Assembly: GCF_009914755.1 (NCBI RefSeq)
Contig: NC_060932.1
Reading direction: 5' to 3' (one strand)
DNA from: the human T2T-CHM13v2.0 reference genome, Homo sapiens
DNA: 64,000 bases
Part shown: one piece after another, positions 26,690 through 41,516 of the stretch
Numbering within the stretch: the stretch's first letter is position 1
Layout of the letters: each line of letters begins with the position of its first letter
The notes under the pieces: model-generated
Told to the model about the DNA's origin: nothing
Seen by the model: the letters and a program-made list of their open reading frames with translations, nothing else
Database searches by the model: none
Position numbers and translations under genes: made by a program

Positions 26690-28900
26690 TTCAGTCAACT
26701 TTATTGTGATATAATTTATACATAATAAAATTAATTCCATTTACCCACCCCCTATACTTTAAGTATAGTTATCACATATATTACTTTTATATATTATAAA
26801 CCTTCTTTCTGGTGATATTATATTTGCTTTCAACAGTCAGTTATGCTTTAAATAAATTAGAGAAGAAAAAAATTGTATTTACTCATTTATTTACCACTTC
26901 TGTTTCTCTTCATTCCTTCCTATAAATCCTAGTTCTCATCTGGTGTCATTTCCCTTCTGACTTAAGGCTATGTTTTAGTACTATTTCTAGTAAAGATCTA
27001 CTGAACAGGCTGGGCATGGTGGCTCACGCTTGTAAACCTATTTTGGGAGACTGAGGCAGGCAGATCACTTGAGGTAAGGAGTTCGAGACCAGGCTGGCCA
27101 ACATGGTGAAACCTCATCCCTACTAAAAATATATATATATATATTTGTATATATATACACAAAAATTAGCCCGGTGTGGTGGTGCATGACTGTAATCCCA
27201 GCTACTCAGGACGGGAGGCTGAGGCATGAGAGTAGCTTGAATCCAGGAGGCGGAGGTTGCAGTGAGCTGAGACTGTGCCATTGCACTCCAGCCTGGGTGA
27301 CAGAGTGATACTCAGTACTAAAAAAAAAAAAAAAACCTACTGAACAAATTCTCTCAGTTTTTGATTTTCTGAAATATCCTTATTTTTGCTGGATATAAAA
27401 TTGTGGACATAGTTGGTTTTTTTTTTTTTTCACTTTAAAGATGTCATTTCATTAAATTCTGACCTCCATTGCTTCTGATCAAAAATTAATAGTCTTTATT
27501 ATCTACACTCCCTTCCATGTAATTAATCTTTTTTCTCTGGCTGATTTTAAGGCATCTTTGGATCAATTTTGTGATGATCATCCTCAGAGTGGTTCTTTTC
27601 TCTTCATGTTTATCCTGCTTGGAGTTTATTGAGCTTCTTGGATCTGTAAATCAGTTTTTAAAAAAAGCAAATTTATGAAAGTTTCTAGTTATTATTTCTT
27701 CAAATATTCTTTTCTGCCCCATCTTACCCTATTATCTTCCTGAAATTCTTATTACACGTAGGTTATATATCATCTGATATTTTCCCACAGGTTCACGAGA
27801 ATGTATTTATTTTTCTTCCATTTTTTTCCACAGATTGAATAATTTCTATAACTCTGTATTCACACAGACCGGGCTAGACATCCAAGATGACCATTCACAT
27901 GTTGTTGCTGATTGTCCACTGGACCCAACTCTGTTGAAATTGTCAAACACAGCATCTCCATGTGGCTTCTCTATGTGGCTTGAACTCCCACATCATGACA
28001 GCCGAATGTTTCAAGAGGCACAGGTGGTAGCTGTAGGGCTTCTTAAGACCTTGCTTGTCCAGGGTGTCTCGTTATGACACTTCCATGTATTCTACTGGTT
28101 AAAAAGTTCCAAAACCAGACCATGGGAGATTGGCACATACACTTTGAAAAAGAGCATATGGGGTAGGATATTGTTGTAGCCATCTTCGGAAGATACAACC
28201 TGCCACCACTTCCTTAGACTCTTAATCTGCTAAATATAACATCTGAACTTGTTTTATTGATTAATTTTTTCCTTTACGATAGGTTACATTTTCTTTATTT
28301 TTTAAAAAATATTTTTAGTGGCTTTTATTGAATATTGGACATTTGGAATAAAACACTGTAAGGATTCTGAATTCTGTCATATTTCTTTGAAGATTATTGA
28401 GGCATGTTTTAGCAGGCAGTGAAATTAGTGGTTGGTCATTTTGAATTTGTATAGAATAGACTTTATGCTTTATTTGAGTGGATATATTTCCCAAGCCCCT
28501 TTAAGTCTTGGCAGTCCCTTATAACAAAAGGGATCTCAACTCCCAAAGTCCCTCTTCCATAACATCTTGTCAGGGCTTAGTTTTAAGTGTTACTGATTTT
28601 CAGAAAGTCTAGAATAAGTCTTGCTCTAGAGCTTTATCCTTACTTTTAAGTAAAGGTTTTCTGGAAATTCAGCCTGATGTCGAGAAATTAATGAGGATTC
28701 TCCACTCTGGCGGGGTCAGAACTCCCTGGTACTGCTCTTACCTCAGCACAGTCCAACCTCTAGAAGCCAGGTTCTCTTTTCAACCCTGTTGCAGTTGCTC
28801 TCTGGAAAACCGTGAATGGAATTGTCTTGTGCCTGTGCAGTCTAGATCTCATTGTGGGCTCATGTACCTAACACAGATTGTTGGAGCCCCCAACTCTGCA
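26690..28900 (-). mobile_element. Degenerate old L1M-derived sequence, approximate, interrupted by an Alu and possibly other repeats
   Basis: T-rich antisense L1 motifs such as TTTATCCTGCTTGGAGTTTATTGAGCTTCTTGGATCTG and TTATTTCTTCAAATATT. Confidence 0.55.
27008..27335 (+). mobile_element. Alu (AluS-like) with a (TA)n-expanded middle linker
   Basis: Alu dimer, flanking duplication CTACTGAACA at 26998-27007 and 27337-46. Confidence 0.95.
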
Positions 28901-29075
28901 CATCTGCCTCTCTCTCCTACATCTTTCCCTGTAAAATCAGCTGCTTTGAACTCTGATCTCTTCCTCCTAAACTCACCAGGATTGTCAAATTCAGCTTACC
29001 TCCTGAATTTTCCTACTCTCACAAATTATAGCTATCTTGACTTATCCAACATCTTAAAAGAATTGCTTTGTATAG

Positions 29076-29387
<312 letters not shown>

Positions 29388-29894
29388 TTATAATTGTTTA
29401 TAGTGAAGAAACTAATGTCATAGGGGTTACCTCATCATGGCCAGAAGGTGAAACTCTGTCAGTCTTTATATTATGACTTCTCAGTTTTGTGTTATATTTG
29501 GAAAAACTCTCTCCATTCTGCGATTACAATCAAAAACTCATATTTTTGTAGCACTATTTATGCTTTTAATTTTTAAAGATTTAAATCCCTGATCCATCTA
29601 AAATTTATTTTGATGATGTATGGTATGAAATAGGGAGCCAATTTTATTTTTTCCTCATGATGGTTACTCTAGTCCCTAAAACATTTATTTTAAAAAAGCC
29701 TTAAGTTTTAACAGTTTACTTGAAATACTTCCTATATAATTTACTGTATTTTAATTCTTATTTGAGTATATTTCTGGACTTCCTAGTATGTTACATTAAT
29801 CTCTCTGTTCAGATACTTAACTGTTTATTTTAAACTTTATGATGCATTTTAATATATGATAAAGCTGTTTCCTCCTCATTAATATTTTCCTTTC

Positions 29895-30206
29895 TTTTAT
29901 TTTTATTTTATTTTATTTTAATTTTTGAGACGGAGTTTCGTTCTGTTGCCCAGGCTGGAGTGTAGTGGCCCAATCTCAGCTCACTGCAAGCTCCGTCTCC
30001 CGGTTCACGCCATTCTCCTGCCTCAGCCTCCCGAGTAGCTGGGACTACAGGTGCCCGCCACCACGCCGGGCTAATTTTTTGTATTTTTAGTAGAGAGAAG
30101 GTTTCACCGTGTTAGCCAGGATGGTCTCGATCTCTTGACCTCGTGATCCACCTGCCTCGGCCTGCCAAAGTGCTGGGATTACAGGCGTGAGCCATCGCGC
30201 CCGGCC
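29895..30206 (-). mobile_element. AluY-like element
   Basis: Diagnostic segments GCAAGCTCCG, TTCACGCCATTCTCC and GTTAGCCAGGATGGTCTCGATCTC. CpG-rich, with TCATTAAT on both flanks. Confidence 0.93.
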
Positions 30207-30854
30207 TCATTAATCTTTTTCACAATTGCAATGACTCTTCTTATTTTATTTTACATCAACTTTAAAGTCAACTTGTATAGTTGAAAAATCCCATTGTTAT
30301 GCACTTGGTTCGTACTTAATTTAGCAAGAATTATTATCTTTGTGATGCCATTCTCTTCAAGAATGCATATTTCCATTTTATTTACTTAAGAATTCTTTTG
30401 CATTTACCAGTAGCACATTTTTTGTTAAATTTACATCCAGGTACATCTTTCTTGTGCTATTTTTAATGAGGGTCATCTTTGCAGTGCACCCTTTAACTAG
30501 TCATTGTGTATAGGGAAAGACTTTGGATAATATATGGCTATCAATTGCTCATTTTCAATCAATTTTTAACAATCCTCTGTGATGATGTAGATGTTTCTCA
30601 TTTTAATATAGCAATATCACATTTGTAAATTTTGAAATTACAAAACTACAATAAATGATGTTCATCACCATATAATCCTCCACCTTGAAAGTGAATAAAT
30701 AATACAAATTCCCCTTCAGTTTTTAAGGCCATTAGAATGTGTGGATGCTGCTCACTTTGCACTTCTCAGTTTGTGACATTGCTGTCATTTGGTCTATCCC
30801 GCCAGGAGTTGCAACTTTTCTTCTTTCTCTCGATGAGACTCAAACCAAAATCCT

Positions 30855-31174
30855 GTTTTTTGTTTTTGTTTTCGTTTTTGTTTTTGTTTTGAGATGGAGT
30901 CTTACTCTGTTGCCCAGGCTGGAGTGCAGTTGTGTGATCTCTGCTCACTGCAACCTCCGCCTCCCCATTTTAAGCTGTTCTCCTGCCTCAGCCTCCTGAG
31001 TAGCTGGGATTACAGGTGCGCACCACCTCGCGTGGCTCACTTTTTTATATTTTTAGTAGAGACAGGGTTTCACCATATTGGCCAGGCTGGTTTTGAACTC
31101 CTGACCTCAAGTAACCTACCTGCCTTGGCCTCCCAAAGTGCTGGGATTACAGGCATGAGCCACTGAACCGAGCC
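30855..31174 (-). mobile_element. Alu (AluS-like)
   Basis: Antisense Alu with a (GTTTTT)n tail. Confidence 0.93.
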
Positions 31175-32984
31175 CAAAACCCTTTTCTTCAGAGCTCCAG
31201 TTCCCTGAGCAGGTCTTTAAGCACCCAGGATGATGACAATGGGCTATCGGCAGTGCCATCAGCAGAGACATACAGAGTGACCAGTGCATTTCTTCTATCC
31301 CATAACTACATCTGGGTCTCTGGGAAGCAGCTTATGTGGCCTTCACCCTCCCTTCCCCACTCTTTTAGTGGAATTTGGACCCATGGACTATCTGGCTACC
31401 TGGCCAGCTCAGTTTCAGATATGGCAGCTGAACTACCTACACTCCCACTTCCAGGTCTGGGTCTCCCGGGCTTCCCACATCTGTGTTTTTTACCCAGGGA
31501 AGGTAAGAACCTGGCTTCCAGAGGGCTGGAGTCTCAGCTGTGGGAAGTCCCTCTCTAGAACTCTCTGTACTCAGATAGGCCATGGTGTAGACACAAGGCT
31601 GGTGATAGACCCTCATGTTGGTGCCAAGGATGCCTCTACAATATTGTTCCAGGAAGTAAGTTCCTTCTCTCTGATGCTTATAATATCACTGACACAACTT
31701 TCTGGAGCTACCGCTGCTGCTGCTGTCATCCTTTTACGTCCTTAGACCTGAGAATGGTGCTGGGCAGAGGGTTCAGGATCTTGAATAACTCACATCCCTG
31801 AATGGATGGGGCCATCCTGCTGCAGTCCTGGACACAATGCTTTTCTTCTTGTGTCCCTGGGCTCTTCCTCTCACCTGCTGCCAGGCAGCCTGACCTGCAC
31901 CATGGCCTTCCACTGATTGGTGTGGTCCTCCCTTTCTCCTGTGCTTTCAAAAGGACTTGTGTGTTGAGTTTGAGAAATGGTGGAATACAGCATTGTCTAT
32001 AAACAGTCCTTGTAAAAATGCCAATATGTTCATTTATTGGATCAAAGTTTAATATAATTCCAATATTCACCAACAGATTTGTAGATTAGCTAGTTATCAT
32101 GCACCATAGCACAATAATGCCACTTAACATAGGCCGGCTGAATTCTGATGAAGGAAGAGGCTTAGATTTACTTAGCATTTGCTAATCCTAATCATGAGAT
32201 TCCAAGGAGAGAAATAAGGTAATAGAGAGAGGCAGAAAATGGTGTTTTCTTATGTTATAGGTTTGCCTTCGTATAGCTCTAATTTGACAAAAATTTAGTG
32301 AATATAAGAACTTATCATGACTGTAGAGAGCGCTTGCTAGTGAGGGCGATTTTAAGCCCCTTGTATTCACCTCTGTCCCCGCCTGGCCCTCAGGTGAGCA
32401 CAGTGAACTTCAATTTCACCCTCTCCTTTTTTCTCTTCGTAGTAACTGCCTATGTAGGGAACTCTAACCTGGTTCAATCCCATCATTTTATATTTGAGAA
32501 AACTGAATTCTACTTATCTCAGAATGACTTTTCCAACACTTTTAATCTTACATCATGTAATATTCACAGGCTCCCTTAAAAGCAATAAACTTCAGTCCTC
32601 CCACTATGGCAGCAGAGGACAGAGCCTCCTGTGATGATTCTGCTTCTGGGACCATCGCAGGAGATCTAAGCACAACTTTCCAGAAGCTTCCAGTGGGCTT
32701 CTTTGCATGCATTTTGTTGTTCTGGAACTTTGAGTATAGCCACAGTAATAGAAAAAGCTTTTGACAGTGGCAATCTCAGGTTTAAGAGAAGAGAATTCTT
32801 AGCAAAAGTGTGAGAAACTGGTTGATAGCTATGTGATATGATGTCAGACATATGTGTGAGGACTAGGGAAATATTTGTTTACCTAACATCTCTAGGTGAA
32901 TGTTGTCTTGAGAAGATTGGGAAGAAAATATTGAAGGAAAAAAGCAGATTTCTGGAGACATCAACTAAAGAAAGAACTGAAGAA

Positions 32985-33310
<326 letters not shown>

Positions 33311-35515
33311 GATAAAAAGAGCTGAAGATCAAAGTCATGACTTGTTTGTTGTCCCATGGCTATTTTTTTGTTGATTACCAACAATTGGTTTAACTTTATT
33401 GGGTGTCAGATTCTCTATCTTTTTAAAAATAAAAATCATTTCCAAAAAGTTTACCTGTATTTATACCTATCAATCATCTAGTATCATGTTTTGGACTGCA
33501 AAGGTATGGTATTTTAAATGGGTTTATTCTTCACATTGTACTATAATTGTCTGATTATACGTATTTCTTTAAAAATACCAGACTGAATTATTTGAGGAAG
33601 GCGTCCATGTTTTCTTTGAACTCTCTGTCCCTGGGGTCTAGTAGAGAGAGCTTTGGGATGAATTAATGAGCTCATCGTATAAGAGAACAGAGACTAGAGG
33701 CACTGACTTTGTGTGTGTGTGTGTATTTGTATAAACTAAGTGGCTAACAAATAGTGCCAACATAAACTAATATAAAAGCTAACATAAGAGTTGAGTGTAA
33801 AAGAAGGCATTATAAGGATTAGACCCTCAGCTAGTCCTTGACAGATGGAGAATTGGATCTATGGATAGAATATCAGAAGATGCTTGAGGAAGGGGAAATG
33901 GTGTGAACTAAGATGTGGAGTCAGGGGAGCATAAGATATGCCTGAGGAGCAGTTGGGATCAGCGTGCCCAAATGGGATGGTTTGTGTTGGGAAATCACGG
34001 GCAGAAGGGCCCAGGTTTGGGCTAGTGTATGAGCACCTTGAACATCCGTAAGACATTCATATTTTACCCTTTATGCACAAAATGATGATGTTGGGGTATG
34101 AAGTGGGATGGTAGGTACTAGCAGCTTTGAAGAGAGTACTGGGCTTTCGTTGTGATACTGCCACAGTGAAAGCAAAAGGGTAAGAGAGTTTAAAAGTACT
34201 TTACTCATTCTACCGATTTTTTTTTTCTATGCCATACAAAGTCCCAGCCACTAGGGATACAATATTGATAAGAGTCAGTGAGTATCTGCCCTCAGGAGCT
34301 TTAGAAGAGGCAAGCAGCAGACATTTACAATACACATTATCAGTGCTAAGGGGTCCATATGACGTGATTAGTCATTAGAAGGAATATCTGACACATCCTT
34401 GGAGGATGGGCAGGGAAGGTTTCCCAGAATAAGTGACATCTTGCTGAGTCCTAAAGGATAAGTAGCAAGTTATAGAAGGAAGGAAGGCACCTGAAGAACA
34501 ACAACAAAAGAGCTCCTAGCGTGCCACAGAGAAGAGCGTGGCACTTTCAGGACATTTCAAACAGTTTAACTTGGAGAATAAGGGACTGAAGGGGAGGAGC
34601 AGAAAGTGGTGACGGGGGGAACTGGAAAGGTCAGTGGGCTGACTTGCAACCCTAACCAGCTCGTTATTAAGAATGGAATATTCTTAATATCTAAAATATT
34701 CTTCTTCCTTATATCTCCTCTAAGATGTTTATCAGTTTACATTTTTTATACTCTGTCATCTTAATTCATTGCATTCTCTTTTCTTCTTAGAATAAGGGCT
34801 TTCAAAACCAGTGAACTTCTGTCCACAAAGTACAGGGACTCTAGTTTTCTTCACTGATAATCTAAATTCAGTTAATGGATTTCTAATATTATAATTCAGG
34901 CGTTTCTAGAGTAAAACTTGATTTATTAAAAAAAGTATTTTTCTAATAATTGATGGATTCATTTACCACTACTCTATTTCAGAGTTTTGCTTACGTATTT
35001 TGCCAATGGGATTATTTTGCAGCTGTGTTTTTGAGTGGGCTGTTTGTCAGATTTCAGAGAAGGTAAGTATAACTTGATGAAGTAAATCACCAGTTAACTT
35101 TCTATTGTTTTCTGTGGCCTAGTATATTTTTTAAACAGTGAAGAAATGACCTTTCCCCAACATTTTGAAAGCTTTGTAATCTAGTAAGAAGAGCTTCTAA
35201 TGGCATGAATGTTCCTCTGAGAACAATGGTGGCCCCAAACTTGTTTAGTTATATAGTGTTTGTATCTTATTATTTTTCTGGATAATTTGCAATTGTGGTT
35301 TGTGTTTATAATTTCTTTTTATTTATGTATATGTTTATTTTATTTTTTTCTTCCCACCTTAAAATTTTTGAATGTATTTCCAATTTTGTACAGAAATTTC
35401 TTAAAGGTATGTTTTGTAGCCTAGTTTTTAAGTTGGTTTCACTCATGAATTAAAATGATTACTATGATTTTCTTTTTTTAGAAATCATATTGTGTTCATA
35501 GATTTTGATGTAAAG

Positions 35516-35740
35516 CAGTGATAGGTAAACTTCTGTGAAGGGCCAGATGGCAGGGCTTTGCAGGTGGATAGTCTCTGCTGAAACTGTTCAACTCAGCCAT
35601 TGTAGCAGGAAAACAGCATTAGACAGTCTGTTAATAAGTTATGCCTCAAATGGTGATGTTCCAATTAAACTTTAATTGCAAAAGCAGACAAAGGGGTGAA
35701 TTTTGTCTGTGGTTCATAGTTTGCTGACCTCTGGTCTAGA
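35516..35740. mobile_element. MER58-like hAT-Charlie DNA transposon
   Basis: AAACTTCTGTGAAGGGCCAGAT...CAACTCAGCCATTGTAGC...CATAGTTTGCTGACCTCTG. Confidence 0.75.
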
Positions 35741-37407
35741 CTACTTTTGATTTTTGCAGTTTAGTGACTTTTAAGCACTTTAATATATGGTTAACTTTTA
35801 TAAATATTCCCTGATCACTAGAAAAGAAGGTATGTTCTATCTACACATGGTACAATTTTTATCTCTTAAATCTTATTTCATATAATGTAGGCCATTTTAG
35901 CTTTTTTTTTTTTTTGGTCAAGTTTCTTAGCCTTTGACAAATCAGTTCATTTCTATCAATTATAACAATTTTATGTGGTACAAATAAAATATTTGCCAGT
36001 TGTCCTTTTAAAAACGTTCCAGGAGGCGAGTGCTGAAACGTCTTTTTATGAAACATTATAAACTGGTAGCTCAGTTACTTTTTATTGTGGGGGGGCTTTA
36101 CAGTGGGGTTTTCTGTTTCGTTTTGCTTGAATCAGTTACCAACATTTAGCTATATGGAGATTTTATAAAATTTTATAAAATTAAGATGCCATGATTGATT
36201 TTAAGATACATCATTATTTTACATACCACTAAGGAAATAAAAACATTGTTGCCAATTATAACTGTAAGACACTATTGATTATAATACATATCCTGACTTT
36301 AAACCTGTTAAAATGTGTAAAGTATTACATCTGAGAGTCAGTGAATTATGGTAAAAAGTTCGGGATTTGTGGCTGCCTTTATTCATGGGAAGACCCAACA
36401 GTATTGGGACCACATTGTCATGTCATAAGGCTGCTCTATTGATGGCTTTGAGCTTTGAATTTTTCACAGTCCCCACCTGGCCCACTAATTTATGTAAGTT
36501 ACCTGCAGTTGTGACTCCTGTTTCTATGGTAATAGACTCAACCCAGAGGCATGCTCTTCCTTCTTCCGTGGAAGCAGAATGACTCCTTGCAATAATGAAG
36601 AGAATACTTGACATCTCAGATTGCAGTGTTTGGGTTGCAGTGACTTTATGGACAGCTAGAGCTTCCATGGTTAAAGAATAGGTACCTTTACAGAGGACAT
36701 TTGCATGCCGAAGGAGACTCACCTTGAAGTGCCTCTCAGAACAAAATGTCTGCCATTTATTTTTAAGTAAATCCAAGCTTCCAACCTAAGGATCACAGAA
36801 AGCGTGTTTCTGGAAGTCTTAGAATAGCAATTTTGTTCCTACTTCTTGCTACCAAATGATCAGACACACTGAAGTCCTTTCTCAGTGTATCCCGGTACAT
36901 AGTCTAGAATGTTTTCTTTTTAAGTGATTAAAGAAATGGACATTTTTATGTCTAGTAGGCTTTATTTATAATGTAACTACACTAGAAGCCAAAATATTTT
37001 ACCATTCAGTTTAATACTAAATACCTAGAATTGCCATTTAAATATTCATTGTGAATTCTACCCTTTAGCACCGTAACAGAACCCTCTTTGGAATGTTTCA
37101 TGCTTTTGACTATGAATTCTAATTTTTCTGCCATAAATACAGCTATCCCTATTTTAGTTATTGCAACTTACCTGACATATCTCTGCTTATTCTTAGAACT
37201 TTTTGGATCACTTTGTTTTATGTTTGTACCCAGAACTGATAGAGGATGGGAGTAACTGCTTCTAGGATTTCTCTTTACTCCTTGCAGCACACAGCATTTT
37301 TTGCTCTCCCCTGAAGGGCAGGGAATCACTGCCTCCCTTCTTTTAGCCCAGCTATTTCTGTAAGATATCTTTTCCTATTTGTTTCCAATAGGGAAGCCTA
37401 ATTCTGT

Positions 37408-37832
37408 TGTATTAGTCCATTTTCACATTGCTATAAAGAAATATCTGAGATGAGATAATTTATAAAGAAAAGTTTAATAGGCTCATGGTTCCATAGGTTG
37501 TACAGGAAGCAGGATGCTGGTATCTGCTTAGCTTCTGGGGCGACCTCAGGAAACTTTCAATCATGTCAGAAGGCAGAGCGGGAGCAGACATCTCACCTGG
37601 CTGGAGCAGGAGCAAGAGGGAGAGACCGGGCGGGTGCCACACACTTGTAAACCACCAGATCTTGGGAGAATGGACTCACTATCACGTGATCAGCATCAGG
37701 GGGATGGTGCTAAATCATTCATGATATCCACCCCCATGATCCAATCACCTTCCACCAGGCCCCACCTTCCATACTGAAGATTACAACTTGACATGAGATT
37801 TGGGTGGGGACCAGATCCAAGAAGCCATATCA
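37408..37832. mobile_element. Solo MaLR LTR (MST/THE1 type)
   Basis: Starts TGTATTAGTCCATTTTCACATTGCTATAAAGAA, contains CCCCCATGATCCAATCACCT and ends CCATATCA. Confidence 0.88.
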
Positions 37833-38767
37833 GTTGCCGTGAGGAGAAATCTGATTTGTTGTTTCTTAACCCAGCTCTCCTCACTGGAAATGACTAACAG
37901 AGTCTGACATTATATAACCTCTAAACCTGAGTTTTTGGCATAGCACATTACCATATTTCCCTGTACCCTCAGCAATGCGTAGAGTGAATTTGGTAAAGAT
38001 GAGCGCCATTTTAACTAGAAATTTCTAAGTGCTATTTTTAATCCCTCCCCGGCTGGAAAGGTAGTTACTATCTGTGGGTTAATGTTTCTGACTTCAATTT
38101 TTTTTTTTTCCTGTTCAGCATGAATAATTTGGGGGGAAAACAATTTTTTGTTTTTTTTTTTGCTTGGTACTTCCCTTTCAAGAAACATCAAGTACATTAT
38201 GACCATTACTTAGAAACAATGCATAGTTTATTTGGGTCTTGTGTGTTTGGTATGTGTGTGTGTTTTTCTAAACAGATGTTGAGTAAAATCTTCAGAAGGT
38301 CATGTGTGAGGCAGAATACTTAGAAGAATGCTTCAGAGCCCAGCCGACTTTAAACAACTTGCTAAATCCATTGTTTATTAAAGTGAAACAATGGAAAAGA
38401 GGAAGTGGCAGAAAGCTGCTTGGTTAATATTAAATGAAAGTCATCTCTCTCCCCCTCATAAGACATGTCAAACCACCGTAAATTACAAGCTAGATGAAGT
38501 TGGAGAGCTGGTTCAGAAATCTTTGAACCAAACCGAAACAAAACACAGCCCTAATGACATGAGTTTCTTGTAAACTGTTTTACCAGGTTGTTTACTGCAG
38601 AACAGAGGTGAGTCAACAAGAGATAGATTCTCAGGGTCAACCTGAGAATGACTACCAAATGGGAGAAGAGATGTAGCTGATAGAGGTCTTGAGAAAAGTG
38701 GATTTAGGAAGACAAGGAACGTTTTCCTATTGCTGGAGAAGAACTGGCTCTACTTTAGATTGACTGA

Positions 38768-39100
<333 letters not shown>

Positions 39101-39219
39101 TAATATTTAAGTAAGATCAAAACATTCACTCCAATCAGGCTTAGTACTTTACAGGAAACCAAGCCACTAGGAAGAGGAAGCAAGGTTGGAGGGATAAGAA
39201 AGAAACCTGGTTTCCTTTC

Positions 39220-39643
39220 TATGATGGCTAATGTTATGTGTCAACTTTGCTAGGGCGTGGTACCCAGATATTTGGTCAAGCACCTATCTAAATGTCACTG
39301 TGAAGGTATATTTTAGATCAGATCAATATTTAAATTAGTAGATGTTGCTTAAAGCTGATTAACCCCCATAATGTGGTTGGGACTTCAACAATTAGTTGGA
39401 GACCTAAAGAGGTAAAAGACTAAAGCCTCTTGAGGAAGAGAGATTTCTGCCTGTCAACTGTCTTTGGACTCAAGGTACACCATCAACTCTTCCATGGACC
39501 TCTATCTTCCTGGCCTATCCTGCAGATTTTAGCCTTGCCCACTCCACACTCGTGTGAGTCAGTTTTCTAAAATCTCTCTCCCTCTCTTTCTCCCCTCATC
39601 CATCCTTTTGGTTCTGTTTCTCTAGAGAACCTTGACTAATACA
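39220..39643 (+). mobile_element. Solo MLT2 (ERVL) LTR
   Basis: TGATGGCTAATGTTATGTGTCAACTT...GGTTCTGTTTCTCTAGAGAACCTTGACTAATACA. Confidence 0.85.
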
Positions 39644-40485
39644 CTTGCAGAAGTCCACAGAAAGTCCATTACTCCAGATACCACCTAGGTGAGTGCCAAC
39701 TGATTCTTTCTCTTTCTTTGGTCATAATGCAGTCAAACTCCCTAAGCCATGCAGTCAGCTCACACCTGAATCAGCATAGTTTCTAGAGTGGCTCCTCATT
39801 GTTGAGAAGTCAAGTTCAGAATTTTATAACTGAGTGGTGGGGATCATTGTAATCTGGCCTCATGCTCTCTGTCCTAGGTCTCTTTTTACAACATAAAACC
39901 TCTGTTGTAGATCAATAGTTTCTTTTACTCTACTTGTATCTCTAGTAAGCCTCACATTGCAATTACTTATCCTATACTATTGATTGGATATGCTTTTAAA
40001 TTCAACTGGAGTCTCCTGGAGAGAAGAGACCAAGCCTTTTACTCATTCTGCCCGTCCCGTGATGTCTACTAGAGAGCTAAACACACAAAAATATCATCCA
40101 GTTCATGACAATTGATGGCTGAAAGAATCTCATCTGGGGTTATGCAAATTAACCCTACATCTCCTAGACCCATAGGTGCATGTTAAACTGTGCAGTCTTC
40201 TATATGCTTTCTATTAAGGGAAATGTGACTTCAATGTGAACAATGGCCATGATTTCCTAGCAGTTATTGTTCGTGTCACCCATTAGTAGATTGCTGTTTA
40301 CTGCCTTCTAATAGCTTCTGGTAGAATTCTCTTTTGAGGTGTTGTTTGCTTTTCCTATGCTTTAATATTTCATCAGTTTATATCTTAGAGTTTAAAGACA
40401 TTTAGTAGACCCCACAATTCCTTGCACATAGTAGGCTCTCCATGAACCAGGCCATAATAAACCAGTAAGCCAATAAGCTAAGTGT

Positions 40486-41516
40486 AAACCTGAAAGATAC
40501 AATCCCAAACACTATAATCCTGAATGTTGAAATCCTAAAAGATCAAAATCCCCAAAATTTAACTCTGGAAAAAATAATTTAAAACATTTTAAAAAGGCAT
40601 TTACTTACATTTTAAAATGGGGATTTATTTGAGAAATATAAAAACATGACAGGACACTTCACAGGCCACTTTACACAATAAAATAGGCAAGAAGAACGTA
40701 CATATTTTTGCAAGCATAAGGATTCAGTTATGCTAATGACAGTTGCACTGGTACAATACTTGTGAGCAGATGAACCACATCTATAAAGAAATAGATAAAA
40801 AAGGGAAATATATAAACACATATTATAAATGGCAATTGTGTGCACCCAACTTTATCACTGCAGTCATCTGAAATATTGTGATAGACAACGTAAGCCTTTG
40901 ACAAGATTGTTCAAAAACCATGATGGGTCACCACTGCATATGCACTTGTTCAAAAAGCCAGATCTTGAGAAATTTTATCTTTCATAAATGCAGATGTACC
41001 AAAAGGACATCTCTTCATTTACTGAGGAAATTTTAAAGTTTTTATGTACACGCACAATGTTAACATGCAACGTCAATGTTGTGATAATGGACTTTCGTGG
41101 AGTCAAGTTTGCAAAAAATGCATAAAACAGATTAGAATGCTCTAAAAGTCTCTATATAACTTATACTTCCACTACTGGAAATAATGTGAATACGAAATAT
41201 ATAGTGTAGAAAATTTTTAAAAATGTGCTGAAAATGAAAAATGGTGAAAAAAACTAAAAAAAGAAAAAGGGAAAAAACTGAAAACCAAAGCACAATAAAC
41301 TAAAAAGAAAATTCGACATATAAAATAGTGGATTACAGGGATAGTTTATGGGCATTCACATGGAGATAGCCCATAAGAACTGGCCTAACATGATGCAACT
41401 ATCCTGTGATTATGATTTTCAGGATTTTAGACTTTAGAGATTTTGATCTTTCAGGATTTCACCATTCGGGATTGTGGAGTTTATTGCTGGGTCTTTGGGG
41501 ATTATGGTTCAAATCC
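40486..41516. mobile_element. Ricksha-type (MULE/MuDR) non-autonomous DNA transposon
   Basis: Long imperfect terminal inverted repeats made of AATCC/GGATT subrepeats: ATAATCCTGAATGTTGAAATCCTAAAAGATCAAAATC on the left and GATTTTGATCTTTCAGGATTTCACCATTCGGGATTGT on the right. Confidence 0.78.

Noticed and set aside
31253-32073. Overlapping 100-150 aa ORFs in a moderately GC-rich unique segment
   Set aside because: No recognisable domain, mostly non-ATG starts, and no convincing exon structure.
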